Positions 1 through 13,436 of a stretch of 64,000 bases of DNA are shown piece by piece. Origin of the DNA: Eledone cirrhosa (taxonomy: Eukaryota). The position numbers were made by a program, and so were the translations under genes. The stretch's first letter is position 1, and every line of letters begins with the position of its first letter. The notes below the pieces were generated by a model that saw only the letters and a program-made list of their open reading frames with translations, was not told the origin of the DNA and did not search any database. Location: the NCBI GenBank assembly GCA_964016885.1, contig OZ024743.1:15438001-15502000 (forward strand), written 5' to 3'.

Positions 1-1799
1 CCTTCTGCCTCTCCAGATGATTATTTACAAAGGCATAACACACTGAGGTACTTAATGTCTGCATTTACTCCCAGATAATGTCAAGAAATATGTATGTTCC
101 CGGAATTGATGGTCATCTCCACAACATCTTAAATTCAGCATACATCTACCAGTTGAAGATGTTGTGCTTGCAATTTTGGAATGTATCGCACATTTTGTAT
201 ATACCTCTTATTCTGATCCTCCACTACAGACTCTCGTTATCCTTTGGTGCTAATTTGCAGAATTTCCTTAGGATTACCTGTGATCTTCACACCATAGCAA
301 TTGTATGAGCTGTTGACATGAAAAGTGTTCACTTCCTCGGTCTCCTAGCGCCCCCTGTCCTCAAACGTTGAACCCGTTGAGCTGAGCATACCGGTTAGGT
401 ATGAAGTAGCCCTTTAAAAATGTATTCCAGAGGACACCAGAATAGTTATCTGACTTGACGCACAACACAGCTAATTCAATTAAGTTCGATGTAATAATTA
501 CCTCAATGCAAAAGAGGGATCCACTATTTTACTCCATTACTTGGTAGGCAGATCAGAAACATTCTTGATTCTCATTTGTTGACCAATGCATACTTTCTGC
601 ATTATGAATTAAACGGAACGATATTGTTGGCCATGCAGTGTGTAAATGATTTGGATTGGAATGCCCGGTACTGTACTTATGCTTACTTTGAGTGGGAATA
701 TAAACAGAAAATGAGTTTGCTATTGCACTAGAGAAAATTAAGTATTTTTGTGTCACATATTTTCGAGTTACCTTTAACTTAACATTAAATTTTCCCGACA
801 TCAATCCTTCATTCATTTATTCCCTGAATTCTTTCTTCTATCACGCTCGCTCCCAGTCCATAAATATTTAGTATCCCGCTTGGGTCTATCATTCAGTCTA
901 AGAGGTTAAAACTTAAACACTGATTTAAAACATACAAGGCAATAGGCTCCAAACAAAGCTTTCTAATATCACGAATTATTTGTCGATCCGTATCGTCTTT
1001 ACAAAATGTTAACGACTTAATTTACTAGAAACACGAAATGCTGGTCAATGTCAAATTTGCTTCGGAATTTCTTCAACAAAATGCATTGCCGGAACGATTT
1101 GATATCAGGATTTACGTAAATACTCTTCTGTCTCTCTCCATTATTTCCTGTCTTAAACTTGTGCTTATAAAAACGTGGAACGGGCATAATTTATTTTTCT
1201 AGCGCCAACTAAATGAGCAATCGAAACGTTTTTTCGACTCTCTTTTTATACGTGGAGGAAATTCTGGGAGTTTCCATGGATAATTACATATTTCACAAAA
1301 TATAATATTTGTGTTGTTCGTAGTAGATACGCCTCAGACAACGAGATTATTACTATCGCAGGCGTTTCGTTTCACCGAAATATCAAGTGACATCTGTAAG
1401 TAACACTTCCAATGGCTCGGCCACATAATCATCTATGATAAACTCATGGGCAATTTCGGTTGCTTAGACAATTTCAGAACATACTAACACACATGTTAGG
1501 CAGTGTTTCACTTTTCCATTTCTTAAGAGACGATGGTTTGTATTTAAGACATTTCTAGCTAACATTTCCATAGACATTTTGCCTCGAAGTAGACCTGTAC
1601 ATGCCACGCTAGCACTAACTAGGCTTTCTGTTTCATTGTATTTTTTGTGTGCATGGTAGGGGTTAAAGTATTTGAATTTATAGTAGCCTTCCTTTTTAAG
1701 ACGAAAGAGATATAGTTATTAATTCTAGCATATCTGGTGATTATGTAGATCCTCACATGTTACCTTATTTTATAAAGATGTTGTTAATTACTCCCTTCT

Positions 1800-1940
1800 T
1801 CTTATTATTATTATTCTTCGCCCACTTATTCTGAGAGGGTCGTGGTCGCAAAGTCTTCAAATACACTTTCCAGTGGGTCCTGTCAGACGCAATCGTCTCC
1901 AACTAATCTGGTTGCATCGCCAATCTCATGGATATTATCC
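1800..1940 (-). mobile_element. RTE-clade LINE 3' terminal fragment
   Basis: Minus strand reads ...MQPD*LETIASDRTHWKVYLKTLRPRPSQNKWAK followed by a short repeat tail; similar to the C-terminus of the RTE copy at 11915-12133 (LGIQPDELEMVGSNRTCCKECLRTLPSQ). Confidence 0.55.
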
Positions 1941-3339
1941 AACTATATGTTTTAATTGAAACAATTATATTATAGTGTTTTAAAAAGATAAATTGACAGA
2001 GTAACAAAGGTATTCGATTAGCAACTCATTCGATGTGAATTACTTAATGCATTTTATTTATTTCCATCTCAATTTGAGTAGATTAACATTACAATGTCTA
2101 GTTTATTGCATTACTGAAGTAGACAGTGGAAATGTGGATGTAGAACAAATATACCTACAGACGTCGATGCTAGAGTACAGGTTATTCGATTTACCTGGCG
2201 GTATTTATAACCTTCACCAAATATAAAATGGCAACATATAGACACACGCACACCTCCCTCACGACACACACACGTACACACACACACACATATGCTCACC
2301 AATGGGACACACATATATGTGTATATATGTGAAGGGCTGCAGCTGTGGTAAAATAGATTTCCCATGTATGGTATACAGTTGGATTGAATCACTTCAATGA
2401 GGTGAGCATTTAAACATAAACTAGCATGTGCCCATTCAAAGTGAAGATTCTGTTCATCGGCTGTCATTTTTAAACATGATATAAAGGTTATATAACTCAT
2501 ACGAATATTTGGCAACAAAAGATGTGCTTGGAATTCCCCTTTTCTATCTATGGCTGATGAAATTGAAATGTTAGATGAATGCTAAAATACCTTTGGAAAG
2601 ATTTTATTTTTTAGTTTACATTTGTTTTATAATTTTTATCGTTAATATACTGGCTAAAATATATGGTTTGTTTATTACAGATACTGATTTTACTAAACCA
2701 TCCCAAACTCCCAATGGAGATGTAACAGTGCTATCATACCCCGCGATATTTCTTGAGCATTTAAAACTGACAAAGACCACTTCCTCCTGATCCGAACAAA
2801 GTATTTCTCCTTATTTCTCGGGGATAAATTGGCTCAGATTGAGAGGTGACGAAAAAGGATAGTAGAAGAATTGATCCTGTTCAAAATGTGTTCAATAATT
2901 AAGAACCACGTAAACATGGAAGCGGAATTGAGACTCAGAGTTTAGAGGTGGAACAAATGCAGCGTAGCTTTCTATTTAGCATTCTTATAATTCTGCTAAC
3001 TTGGTGTTATTAATCCCTGAGAGAAAAGGCAGCATTTGAATTTACAATATAAAAGAATATATATAAATACTGATTTTTCAATTGTTATAATACAATAAAT
3101 GTGTATAGTTGTATCATGGGTTCATTACAGGTATATTTTCTAATATGGCCGGAGGATGAGAATCAACGTAAAAACTGGAGGGTATAAGCTTTAAACGTAA
3201 AGATAGGAACCAAACAGGATACTCTATTTTCGTTGGTATTCTGTATTGTATTTTCTGCACCATTCTTCCTTATTACATCTGGTAATGTCATACAGTAATC
3301 AGTTGCGTAAAGTCAGTAATCACGTGACATTCCCTATGC

Positions 3340-4300
3340 ACTGCAACCAGCACATAGTAGTTGGCAAAGAGCCGTGTATTCTCGTATCTTCAACAGTCTG
3401 CTCTGGTGAGCCACTTTATTAAGCTGCCGATGGCTACAATGAATCGGTCGACACACATGGAGAGCCGATTAAGTAATATCTCCTCCATACGAGAAAGGTT
3501 AGAGCCTGATGGAGATCTGTGTTGGGTTTGAAATTTAGGTGGGCGCATCAGGTTCTATGTTGCCAATCAATTCGCCATGTCTGAAGCACGTTGACATTTA
3601 AGTCCCGGCGCTTTTCTAGAGAAAATGTGCTGTGACATGAAGTTATCCAGTACTTGAGAAACTTCAGTCCTGAGAGAGAGGAGGACGAGGTGCAGGATGT
3701 ATGAGAGTACAGATAGATATTCAATTCATGTATTGCGGGGACATCCGGTGATGAGCCTGACTTTGACGTTCTGGACTTTATATAGATTTTTAGTATGAGA
3801 GCTTTTGCACCATTCAGGAGAGGCGTAGTCCGCAACACTCTAGACAATGGCAAGGTCACTGGTATGTAGGTTGGATGTGCCAGCACCCCATGATGATCTT
3901 TCAGATCAGGTAAGAACAAGAGGCGCTGGCTGTAGGTCAACTCTCGGTCAGATTTCACACCGAGATGAGCCAATGTGGCGTTTTAATGAAGGAGTGAGCC
4001 TTCGAGCTTAATAGTGACGAGCTTAATAGCGATTAGCCTAGTTGATATTTAAGTGGAATTTCATTGAAGTCGTCTTTGCCATGCAGAGCTTCAATCCTAT
4101 GGTCATTAAATATGTTTTCTGTCGGGTCGTGTTTGCTCTTCGTATGCTCCCTACGTTAGTCCTAACTCTATCTGAGCGAAGAGGGGCGAGGTCACCAGCA
4201 TAGCCATACTGCCGTGATAGTGTTTGTCTTATGTCACTGATGTAACGATTCCAGAGTCTTAAGAGACTTCATTACCAACGCAGGACAGACTGCTGGTTTG
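3340..4300 (-). mobile_element. Degenerate Vingi/Ingi-like non-LTR retrotransposon (RT C-terminal half and 3' region)
   Basis: Minus-strand translations: LWNRYISDIRQTLSRQYGYAGDLA (YADD motif region), LKLCMAKTTSMKFHLN, HLGVKSDRELTYSQ, PSGSNLSRMEEILLNRL...DRF, GSPEQTVED. Order and wording match recalled Vingi ORF motifs; many stops and frameshifts. Confidence 0.65.
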
Positions 4301-6239
4301 TCCGTCGCTGGATTTCAGAACAAAGCTTCGGTTGGATAGGACATTTCAAATAAGCCACACTATGTAACGGTCAAAAATTGTTCGTGGTATTGTCAGTCCC
4401 TGGATTTTGTTCACTGATCTCTGATCACCATTAGGCGAACAACAACAATTTGAGACAGCATCAGCAATCAAGGCTTACATTAAAGACTGAAGAGTCAAGA
4501 TAATAATGTGTTTAATGGATAGTCTCTGAAATGTAGATAAATCTCAATCGTGCATACAAGATTTACTACAATCAGTAAGTGGGGAACACATAACCAAACG
4601 CTAGACCCTGTATATTGTTGTTAGAACAGAAACATACAGTATTCGCATTTCCTTCTAATTATATCCTACAATTTTAAGAATGGAAGGGCACGTAGGATAA
4701 AATAGATCAAAATCTGGAATAATAATGGACAGATTGAACAAACGGGAACATTTTAATCCATCCACAAGTTGAGGACAACAAATCTGGTGCTAAGCAACAG
4801 CAACATAATAAAAACGCATTTTATTCCTGATATCATTCGCATTTGATTGAATATACTTTCTGTTTATTTATTGATAACTATTGATCTAGCCTCAGACGTA
4901 TATTAAGATTTAAGTAAATAAAAAACAACACTTGTTCTTTCGTTATTTCTTTAACTATTTGGAGGAGTTGCAATAAGAATGTGACACTGTCCAGAGGCGT
5001 ATCGTGGCATCATACCACTTGACGCCAGAATTTAGTTTTTATTGCCTTTTGTTGCAAGCAGGGAGATGGCGAGCCTATGCGAAGTACAGTATGACTTATG
5101 AAACTTAAGCGCTACGCTAGCTGTAAAGGTCAAGCTGGGTTACTCCAAAACGTAGCTATAACCGGCATAGTAGCCTGGAATAGCATTTTACATTATTCAA
5201 ATAATCATAGAAGAAATAAATGGATCATCCCTTCTATATTCAATAACATGATACTTTCAGACACTTGATATATGAAGAGTTTTTCTGATTTCACATTAGT
5301 TTCATAAGATAATATCCAAACTCAACTAATTATATATGCATGTCACATTGACATTGCTCTTAATGCTATTCCTAACATATTTCCTAGTACTCAGCACCTA
5401 TACATAATAAAAGAGAAATCCTGTGTACTAACTCTTGGCATAGCATAATTTCCAATAAAAGATATGGTGATATCGGCTTCTCTCAATATACTTCTCGAAA
5501 TTTCTAAATTATTTTTAGTTGATCTCTGATGGACTAGGCTGGAAAATGTGTTCAAATATCTCCGCAAACACTCTTCCGTTGGTGAAATGTATTCTAAATG
5601 CTTCAGAATCAGTGACCTGGTCTTTTAAATACGTATCGAATTACAATATAATTTATAACGTCCAGATAATTCTGACTGATCTTTCTTCAGTGTTACAAAT
5701 CATGTATATCCACTGTTTTATATATTATATTTGCAGGAATATCAGTTCAGTAAAACAAAGCCCGAAACTGCTTTGCAATTGCTTTTTCAAATGTTCTATT
5801 CAAATATGTCACATTCTATACACATGTCTTCAACTGTAGCCTCAGATTGGCCAGAAGATATATGATAGGTGGAAACTGTCGAACATGTGTATGGTGGTTT
5901 CTGGAAGTTTCAGCCTGCGATGCTGCATACTGAATGGATATTCTGTCAGTCTCAAGCTACATTTGTAATAAAAATGAGTAATATTTCGCTGAATTTCAGA
6001 AATTATAGGAGTATTGATCATAACTCTAGAATATCTAAACCTAGTTACTCGCATCTAATCTCTAGACATTTTTAGAACTTATTTCCTTCTTTATGAAACC
6101 ACTAAATTATTCAATTTATTTCAATTAAACTAAATAGAAAATGTGATAGGATTTGTACAATATACATGGCAATACGGAAAAAAGGAAAAGAAGAAAAAGT
6201 AATAGAAAAAAAGAATCAAGCAGCGAGGAGGAAACGACA

Positions 6240-7260
6240 ATTTCTACAACCCCTATCTGAGCAGTGTTTCAAGTCTGCCCCACGGACAAAATAACAATTT
6301 TTATCAAGAAATATTTCCCTTGGGAGATTCCCCTCGGTCTGGGTGACCCAGTCCCACAATCACGAACTTTTACAGTAATTGATGGAAGAACGTCCTAAGC
6401 ACACTGCTTGAAAATAGTTTAAAGTGTTCAATACATGTCATTGGACTATTGTAAATCATCTACATGAACTGGGGAATGTGTATAAACTTGACCTGTTGGT
6501 GCCACATAATCTGACTGCTACTCAACTTGACCAAAGCGTTGCTCTTTGCTCGTCATTATATAATAGTCTTAACTTTGCCTTTCATCCTTACAGTGTCGAT
6601 AAAATAAAGTACCAGTAATGTACTGCGTAATTGCTGGCCTTGTGCCAATACTAGAAACAATTATATAATAGTCTTGCTAATTACCGTTTTCTGGGCAGGA
6701 TAATAACCAGTGATGAAAAATGGGTACTGTATAATATTATCCAAAGTAAACGACAAGGGTTACCACCAAAAAACAGTAGGAAACCACACACACACCGGAA
6801 CTATACCCAGTGAACGTTACTCTCTTGTGGGATATGAAAGATGCCATCTATTCTGAAGTCTTGAACTCAGGCGAGACAATTAATGCTGATAAGTATTGCC
6901 ACCAGTTGGAATCATTACCTCAAACTCTGCAGAAAAAGCAACCAAAATTTGCAAATCGTAAAGGAGTGTTGCTCGTATACGACTAAGCCGAATTTCATAT
7001 CACCGGGATTGCACAGAACAAATGTTTACGCTTAATAAGGAAGTTTTACCTCATTCTTTTTATTTGCCTGAACATTCTCCTTCAGATTATCATCTTTATA
7101 AACTATTGCAATATTTACTAAATGGAAAATCGAGAGAAAAGGTAAAGATGAACATTGACTCCTTCTTTCCTTCGCAACCTGAAGACATTTAAGTTATAAA
7201 GATCAGCAACTTGCCAGCTAGATAGGTTTATATTATTTAAAACGATGAAAAATATCATCT
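6240..7260 (+). pseudogene. Mariner (DD34D-type) transposase relic interrupted by a SINE
   Basis: Motifs in order: GDSPRSG*P, TIVNHLHELG...LLVPHNLT (WVPHEL-like), FLGRIITSDEKWVLY (first catalytic D), WDMKDAIYSEVLNSGETINADKYCHQL, PEHSPSDYHL (YSPDLAPSDYHL-like). Stops and frameshifts throughout; TIRs not resolved. Confidence 0.85.
6571..6659 (+). mobile_element. 5'-truncated tRNA-SINE (family 1) with 16-bp TSD
   Basis: AACTTTGCCTTTCATCCTTAC...GGCCTTGTGCCAATACTAGAAACA flanked by the direct repeat ATTATATAATAGTCTT at 6555-6570 and 6660-6675. Confidence 0.9.
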
Positions 7261-9315
7261 TGATTAATATATATCCATCACGCCCCCCCCCCCCAAAAAA
7301 AAATGTATTTCCTTTCCTTGTCCATAATATGACAGGACATTCTATCCCACCATATATATATATATGTGTTGCGTCAGTGTGCGTGTATATATTTGTGTTT
7401 GTCGTTAGTTCACTGGTTGGTCGAGTTGCCTTTATTTATGTCCACGTCTAACTATGAGTGCAATGTGTGGAGCCATAAAGGAGGTGGGGGGAAATGTTTT
7501 AGAATCAGTGCTTTAATTCCTTATTCTCCACACAACACATACACACATATACCTAAAACTTGCACAGGCATGCACACACAGACAGGCACCTGACGCACGC
7601 GCATACACACAAATATTGGTAATTACTAGAGATTTCATCTCATAATTAATTTTTTCGTAATAAGTAGTTACACAATTTTATGAAAATAAATATTGCCTAA
7701 AAATCAAAATGTTTCATTTTATAACATCTAGTGCTAATTAGAGACACATAACAGGTCTTTACTCAGCAAAAGAGGTATTAAATAATAATCAATGTATGGT
7801 ATTAGTAATGATAAGGATGAAGAGGAGGGGATTGTGAGGATAATCACGCAGATAGAGATGATAGTAACAATGAGGAGGCTAAAGATTATAATGCTTATAA
7901 TTGTGATCATCGCTGAAGCACTGATGATAATGGTAGGGATTTTATAAATAATACGTGTTCGTGAATCGCTAATCTAATATAAAACTTTGGATTATAATTC
8001 TCGCACATCTTCATTTTTTATCGAATTTAGTCTTTGCAATACTGACATGCTGATTCGTTGGTTGTCACAAATTGTAACTAGCCCAGTAAGTAGTTTGGTA
8101 AAAAGATTGTATTGAATGGCTAAACATACATTCAAATAGGACCCTTCAAGTACGTTATATTATTTTACAGGACTAATCACCTGAGTAATTTCCGAGTTAC
8201 CCATATATAATATCCTAGGGGTGGGTAATTCATTAATATGTTTTATACATGATAAATAAGGGTTACTTGAAATATCGTTTTCGGAGATTAGCTTGTCATA
8301 CCTGCCTTAAGGATAGAAGTTAGAAGTTTTAAAGGTTACAATTTCATAATTTGTATTTGCAACGTGTGTTTGAAATGAATATTTGTATCTTCCGCAGGCC
8401 ATCAGGCAATCATTTAGCAGGGTGTAGTTTTCCAGATGGGATGAAAGCAAAGTTCATCTCGATGGAAAAGGGAATCAGATCACAGACATTGGAAAATTAA
8501 TGCGGTAATATTTATTGTACATTTGACTGCGTAAATTCACTTTCTTCTCTTTCCATAAAGCTTTAACAGAAAGCGTGGATTCATCACCTTACTCGGACAT
8601 TATGCATTTCGGTTACAAATGTGAATAAAAAAACATAGGCTAATCCTTCTCGAGTGAGTATATGTTGCAACTCAACCACGAAATGAATCTCTATCTCCCG
8701 CATATCTGTCATGTTTTAAAATAGAAGACATATTTGCTAACATTATACTAAATATTATGTATGAATAGACGGACAGAAAACGGTTAAATATTTATAGGGC
8801 TTCTGTATCAAAGCTGAGCTGTAATTTGACACCAACAACAAGTACACCTACTTCATCATTTTTAGTAAACTTGAAACAGACTGTATACATTTAATTAGCG
8901 TCTCTATATATATACGAAAAAAAAAAATTAAATAATACATAAGAACGCTTACAAATATTTCTTACTAACCTAAAAGAAAATGTGGATAAAGGAAAACATA
9001 TAGAAATGTTTCCATTGAACTATTATCACTGGAAAGTTTTACCAAATTAAACAGATCTTACTTACCCTCAAGATTCACATATTTTACATTGGAAGCAGAT
9101 CGTTTGAATTAGTGTGGTGTCAGAGACATAGTGGGGATTATAGCCGCAATAGAGATATAAATATACACCACTAGCCAATAATCAATTGAAACATAAGTAA
9201 AATGAATATTAACGAGATATTTATTATGATTGCTGACAGGATTTCTCATTTATCGTGAACTTTCATTACTAAAAATTGAAGAAGAATTTGTTGATGGGGG
9301 AGATTTACTTACACT

Positions 9316-9513
9316 TGTTTCAGTGCAATCACATGACAGTGAGCAATGCACACATCAGCGGAGTAACCACTAAAAACATGAAACGTTTTCATTTTTTCAG
9401 CGCTTTTCGGCATTTTTTCTGATGATGTGCGTTTTCTGATGATGTGCGTATCACTAGAATGGATTACAAAAAATTCTAGATCTTCCAAGCTGTCACATAA
9501 CTGCACTGAAACA
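9316..9513. mobile_element. Possible MITE with imperfect ~24 bp terminal inverted repeats
   Basis: TGTTTCAGTGCAATCACATGACAG (9316-9339) versus CTGTCACATAACTGCACTGAAACA (9490-9513); internal tandem duplication of TTTTCTGATGATGTGCG. Confidence 0.45.
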
Positions 9514-9649
9514 CGTTACCCATCTCCATCCGTTACTTTTAGAATTTTAACTTAATAGCGATCAGTAAACAAAAAAAGCATATGTGTTTAAAAAGCAGTG
9601 AACGGAGTTTGAATATTGAATACATATATTAATATATATATATATATAT

Positions 9650-9652
<3 letters not shown>

Positions 9653-9737
<85 letters not shown>

Positions 9738-9777
9738 GTGTGTGTGTATGTGTGTGTGTGTATGTGTGTGTGTGTGT
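9653..9777. repeat. (TG)n microsatellite preceded by (TA)n
   Basis: Direct reading. Confidence 0.95.
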
Positions 9778-10625
9778 AGAAAATTCGATTTTCAACTTCC
9801 ACTCACTGCTTTTTAAACAAATGTTTCTTTGATTTTCGCCTGTTTCAGGTTCCATCATAGAGCAAAGGAAGCACTCTCCCGATGATGGCCAATGCTTGAA
9901 TGGCTCATATACAGTTGTCTCCCGCTGATTCTGTTGGAATCCGTAACACGGCGCGGTCATCACCTTTTCAATATTCATAGCTAGGCTTTCCAAATGTTTA
10001 TTTATCAAAATATACCGTATATCTTTAGGTTTACGAAATTCACATACGTTTATGTATACAGCTATATCGCAACTCTAAACATATCATGGCATTTTAAACA
10101 AACATCATAATTGTATGTATAAATATATATATATATACTTATGAGTGCGTGAGTTTGTGTGAGAGAGACAGAGACAGACAGGGAATCTGTAAATTTAGCT
10201 TTTATATAGATTTAATCTTAAGCGCATATTTAACTTTCCTGTCTACTGTCTTAAAATTTATAATTCAGGGTGATAATTGCTTCTTTATTTTTCAGGTTCT
10301 GTATGAATTAGATCTAAGCAATTAGCAATTATTTCCATATTTTGCCATATCTTATAGCTATAAATAAATACTTGTAAACAGATATAGACGAATATAATCA
10401 TCTAAAAACATATCAGAATGATTTTTCAGATATGTAGAAATATATGATGAGCTAAAGGGGAAATAGTTAGTTTTATATATAAAGAAATATTTTTCAAATT
10501 TGATAACTTTTATTTTATTAAATACGATACAATATAGTGAAATGATTTCATCCACTCAAAAATATATACAGTTAAATGCAGCGCTATTCTCATGTTATGG
10601 GCTAGTATATATATATATGACAATA

Positions 10626-10805
10626 TTGGCAGTATCGGTGGAGGGTCGGAAGCCATGCTTTGCAGCATAGTTACGTCCCTTTACGATCTGAGTTCAAATC
10701 CCGCCGAGGTTAACTTTGCCTTTCATCCTTACGGGGTCGATAACATTAAGTACCAGTAATGCAATGGGTAATTGCTGGTCTTGTGCCAAATGTAGAAACA
10801 ATTAA
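10626..10805 (+). mobile_element. tRNA-derived SINE family 1, near full length
   Basis: A-box-like TGGCAGTATCGG, B box GAGTTCAAATCCC, central GCCTTTCATCCTTACGGGGTCGAT (resembles the Meta/MESC SINE domain as recalled), 3' end CTTGTGCCAAATGTAGAAACAATT. Confidence 0.85.
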
Positions 10806-11899
10806 TTTAAATACTTTCGGGGGAAAAATAAAATAATACACAGTATGTAATTGTTTTAAATGACTGATATGCATGTACAATGATCAAGTAGCTTGATTAG
10901 CAAGTGCAAAAAAATTATCTTTAAATCTATTATTTATTTAGCCTTTCCAAATCCAAAATGTTGTCATGTTTGAAAGAGTGAATGAGAGCGGGGTGCAAAG
11001 AGACACAGATTAAAAAAAGAGAAAGAGACAAGGGAAGAGATACAAAATAATATATTAAAGTTTAAACGTACTAATTAAGTAAATTATTGATTATATGACT
11101 AACCATTTAACCAAAATAGCATCTTTTAGAAATTAGTTTTTTAATAATCACATTTTATCTGACTTGAAATTTATTTTTTTAAATGTTGGCTTAAATTAAT
11201 TTCATTCTGCGCCTTCATGTTGATGGTAATTATGATGTTGATGATTAGGATTTTATAAAAATGAAGAGGAAGTAGATAGCAATTTATATGATAATGATAT
11301 TAAATAACATAAACATCTAGTAAAATTGAAGACGCATATTTAACATGTACTTAAAAAAACAAAGAAACAGAAAACAATGACTGGGAGAGATTGGTTACTG
11401 GAGAATGATTGATCGTAAGAGAATCTTATTAAGGCAGAGGAACTGAAGGAAATTAGGTAAAAAGTAGAATGGTGTTGACATGAGATAGAAAAAATATAGT
11501 AAATAATAATCAATGACAATATAATTCATTAAACAATGAATACTTCTTCACCACGCAATATTAAAAGACCAGATATAAATTTGATATAGTTATTACAAGA
11601 TTATTTTAATATAAGCATCGGGATGAAAATAACTTTGTTATTCGTATCGTACTAACAAAGATATACGTTTTAGTTGGCTATTCATCTGAAAATAAATAGT
11701 CTTTGACAAATGAAACTGTTATAAATAGTTAATTCCGTCTTTAGAATATCAAATACCAAAGCCAGGGGATGTTTTAGGAAATATATATATTGATAGCCTG
11801 CGGTGCGGGACAGGAAAAACCGCAAAACGCAATAGGTAAATCCACGAAAACACTTGTACTCCCGGTAAATACTCTGCGTTCACAATTATATATACATTT

Positions 11900-13035
11900 T
11901 TTTTCTTCGCCTGCTTATTGTCGAGAGGTTTGTGAGGGAAGAGTCCTCAAACACTCCTTACAGCAAGTTCTGTTAGAACCTACCATCTCCAACTCATCCG
12001 GCTGGATTCCCAAGCGAAACCAGCCGAGGTCATAGATGTTATCCAAATATCTTGATTGGTGGTCTACCCCTAGGACATCTGTTGGTTTGTTTTGCCCATG
12101 AAATCTGTCTAAAATATTTCCTGAGACATTCAACCCACATGTTCATAGTATCAGAAATCTTATACTTCTCCAGAATCATCCGCAGCACGTCCCGAGGAAC
12201 GTGAACATATGCAATTGGGATGTCTACAAAACAAGAGTATACCTCTTTACAATACACCCACGATTTCTCGAAGACCTTCCACAGTGTGAATATGTGGAGG
12301 ACTGTACTGTGTACGGTGTAAAACCTGCACTGTTCATCAGCTAGCTCCGACTGGATAATCTACCTACGTCTCATTGCCAGACACTTAATATACACTTTAC
12401 CGGCGAGGCTTAGCAAGGAGATCCCTCTGCAATTGGAACCATTTATTTTGCCTCCCTTTTTGAAAATTAGGATGATCACTCCCGATGGCCATTGCTTAGG
12501 TGCCTTTCCAGAGGTCCAGGTGACCTAGCCAGAGACATATGACTTAGCCAGAGAGTGCCTTCTTTATTTCATGCTTTTTAAATCTCGGTAACGGAATTCA
12601 TTTACCACAGCGACCTTGCCACATTTGAGGTATTTAGTTGCTCTTGAGATCCCAAACTCCGAGAAAATAGTCATTGCTCCCAGATACACCTCGTTTACAG
12701 CAAAGAATGCTGTTGTGATCGGGTTTAAGAGATCATCAACTTATTATCTCCGCCTCTCTGAAGAGAGCAGAACACCAGACGCGTTCCTGATAGCAGTTAT
12801 GGAGGAGGACTTCTTATTTCGATGTCGCCGGATGATCTGCCAGAACACTTTATTTGTTGATTCCAGCTTAACTCCAAAGTCCTCTTATGTCTTAACTTTA
12901 GACGCCTGTCTGTACCACAAATGCAAGAAGGAGGTAGTATTTCGAAGCAAAGATTTGTAGGTCTTCCTCTTGCTGGAGTGTTATTATCTTTGACCTCATC
13001 ATTGAACCAAGGTGCCCTCCTCCATCCACCACCAC
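11900..13035 (-). mobile_element. RTE-clade LINE fragment, internally deleted; continues at 17282-17370 beyond the hAT insertion
   Basis: Minus strand: YSCFVDIPIAYVHVPRDVL (RT), PRGRPP and LGIQPDELEMVG C-terminus, RAPWFNDEVKD. The segment 17282-17370 reads EADWSYL...STVK*CG, matching the second RTE copy near 31080. Confidence 0.8.
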
Positions 13036-13224
13036 CAGTAGCGTAACAAACGGGGGAGGGAGGAGGGGGATACCCCCTTGCTTTCCTGTCGGTCTAGGTG
13101 GGTCCCCTAGGCTATAATTCTAAACGCATAGCTTAACAACGTAAAGAAAACGCTTAATCTCTAATAAGACTAGAAGTTAAGACCAATCTCTTGTTTATTT
13201 AAAAAATATAATATTTCGGATAAA

Positions 13225-13436
13225 ATGGCAACTGCATCTAAAATAAAGTGTAGACAATATACCGTCGAATAAAAACGTTAACTTGTTTTACTTGCTTTCC
13301 CCACATGCATCTGCTTTCAAAAAGTCAAAATCGCCTTCATATAGAAAGAAGAGGTGATTTACGACTATCTCTAACGGCTTTCACACTAAACATTGACAAA
13401 TTAGTAGCCTTCCATCAATCACAGGGTTCTCATTAA
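13225..13436 (+). pseudogene. Internally deleted Buster/Charlie-type hAT transposase remnant
   Basis: MATASKIKCRQYTVE (N-terminal KCRQY motif), LLAFPT, then NRLHIERRGDLRLSLTAFTLNIDKLVAFHQSQGSH* (C-terminal motif typical of Buster/Charlie transposases as recalled). Confidence 0.65.

Noticed and set aside
1-400. Possible LINE 5' UTR and APE start on the minus strand
   Set aside because: Only vague motif resemblance, and truncated by the window edge.
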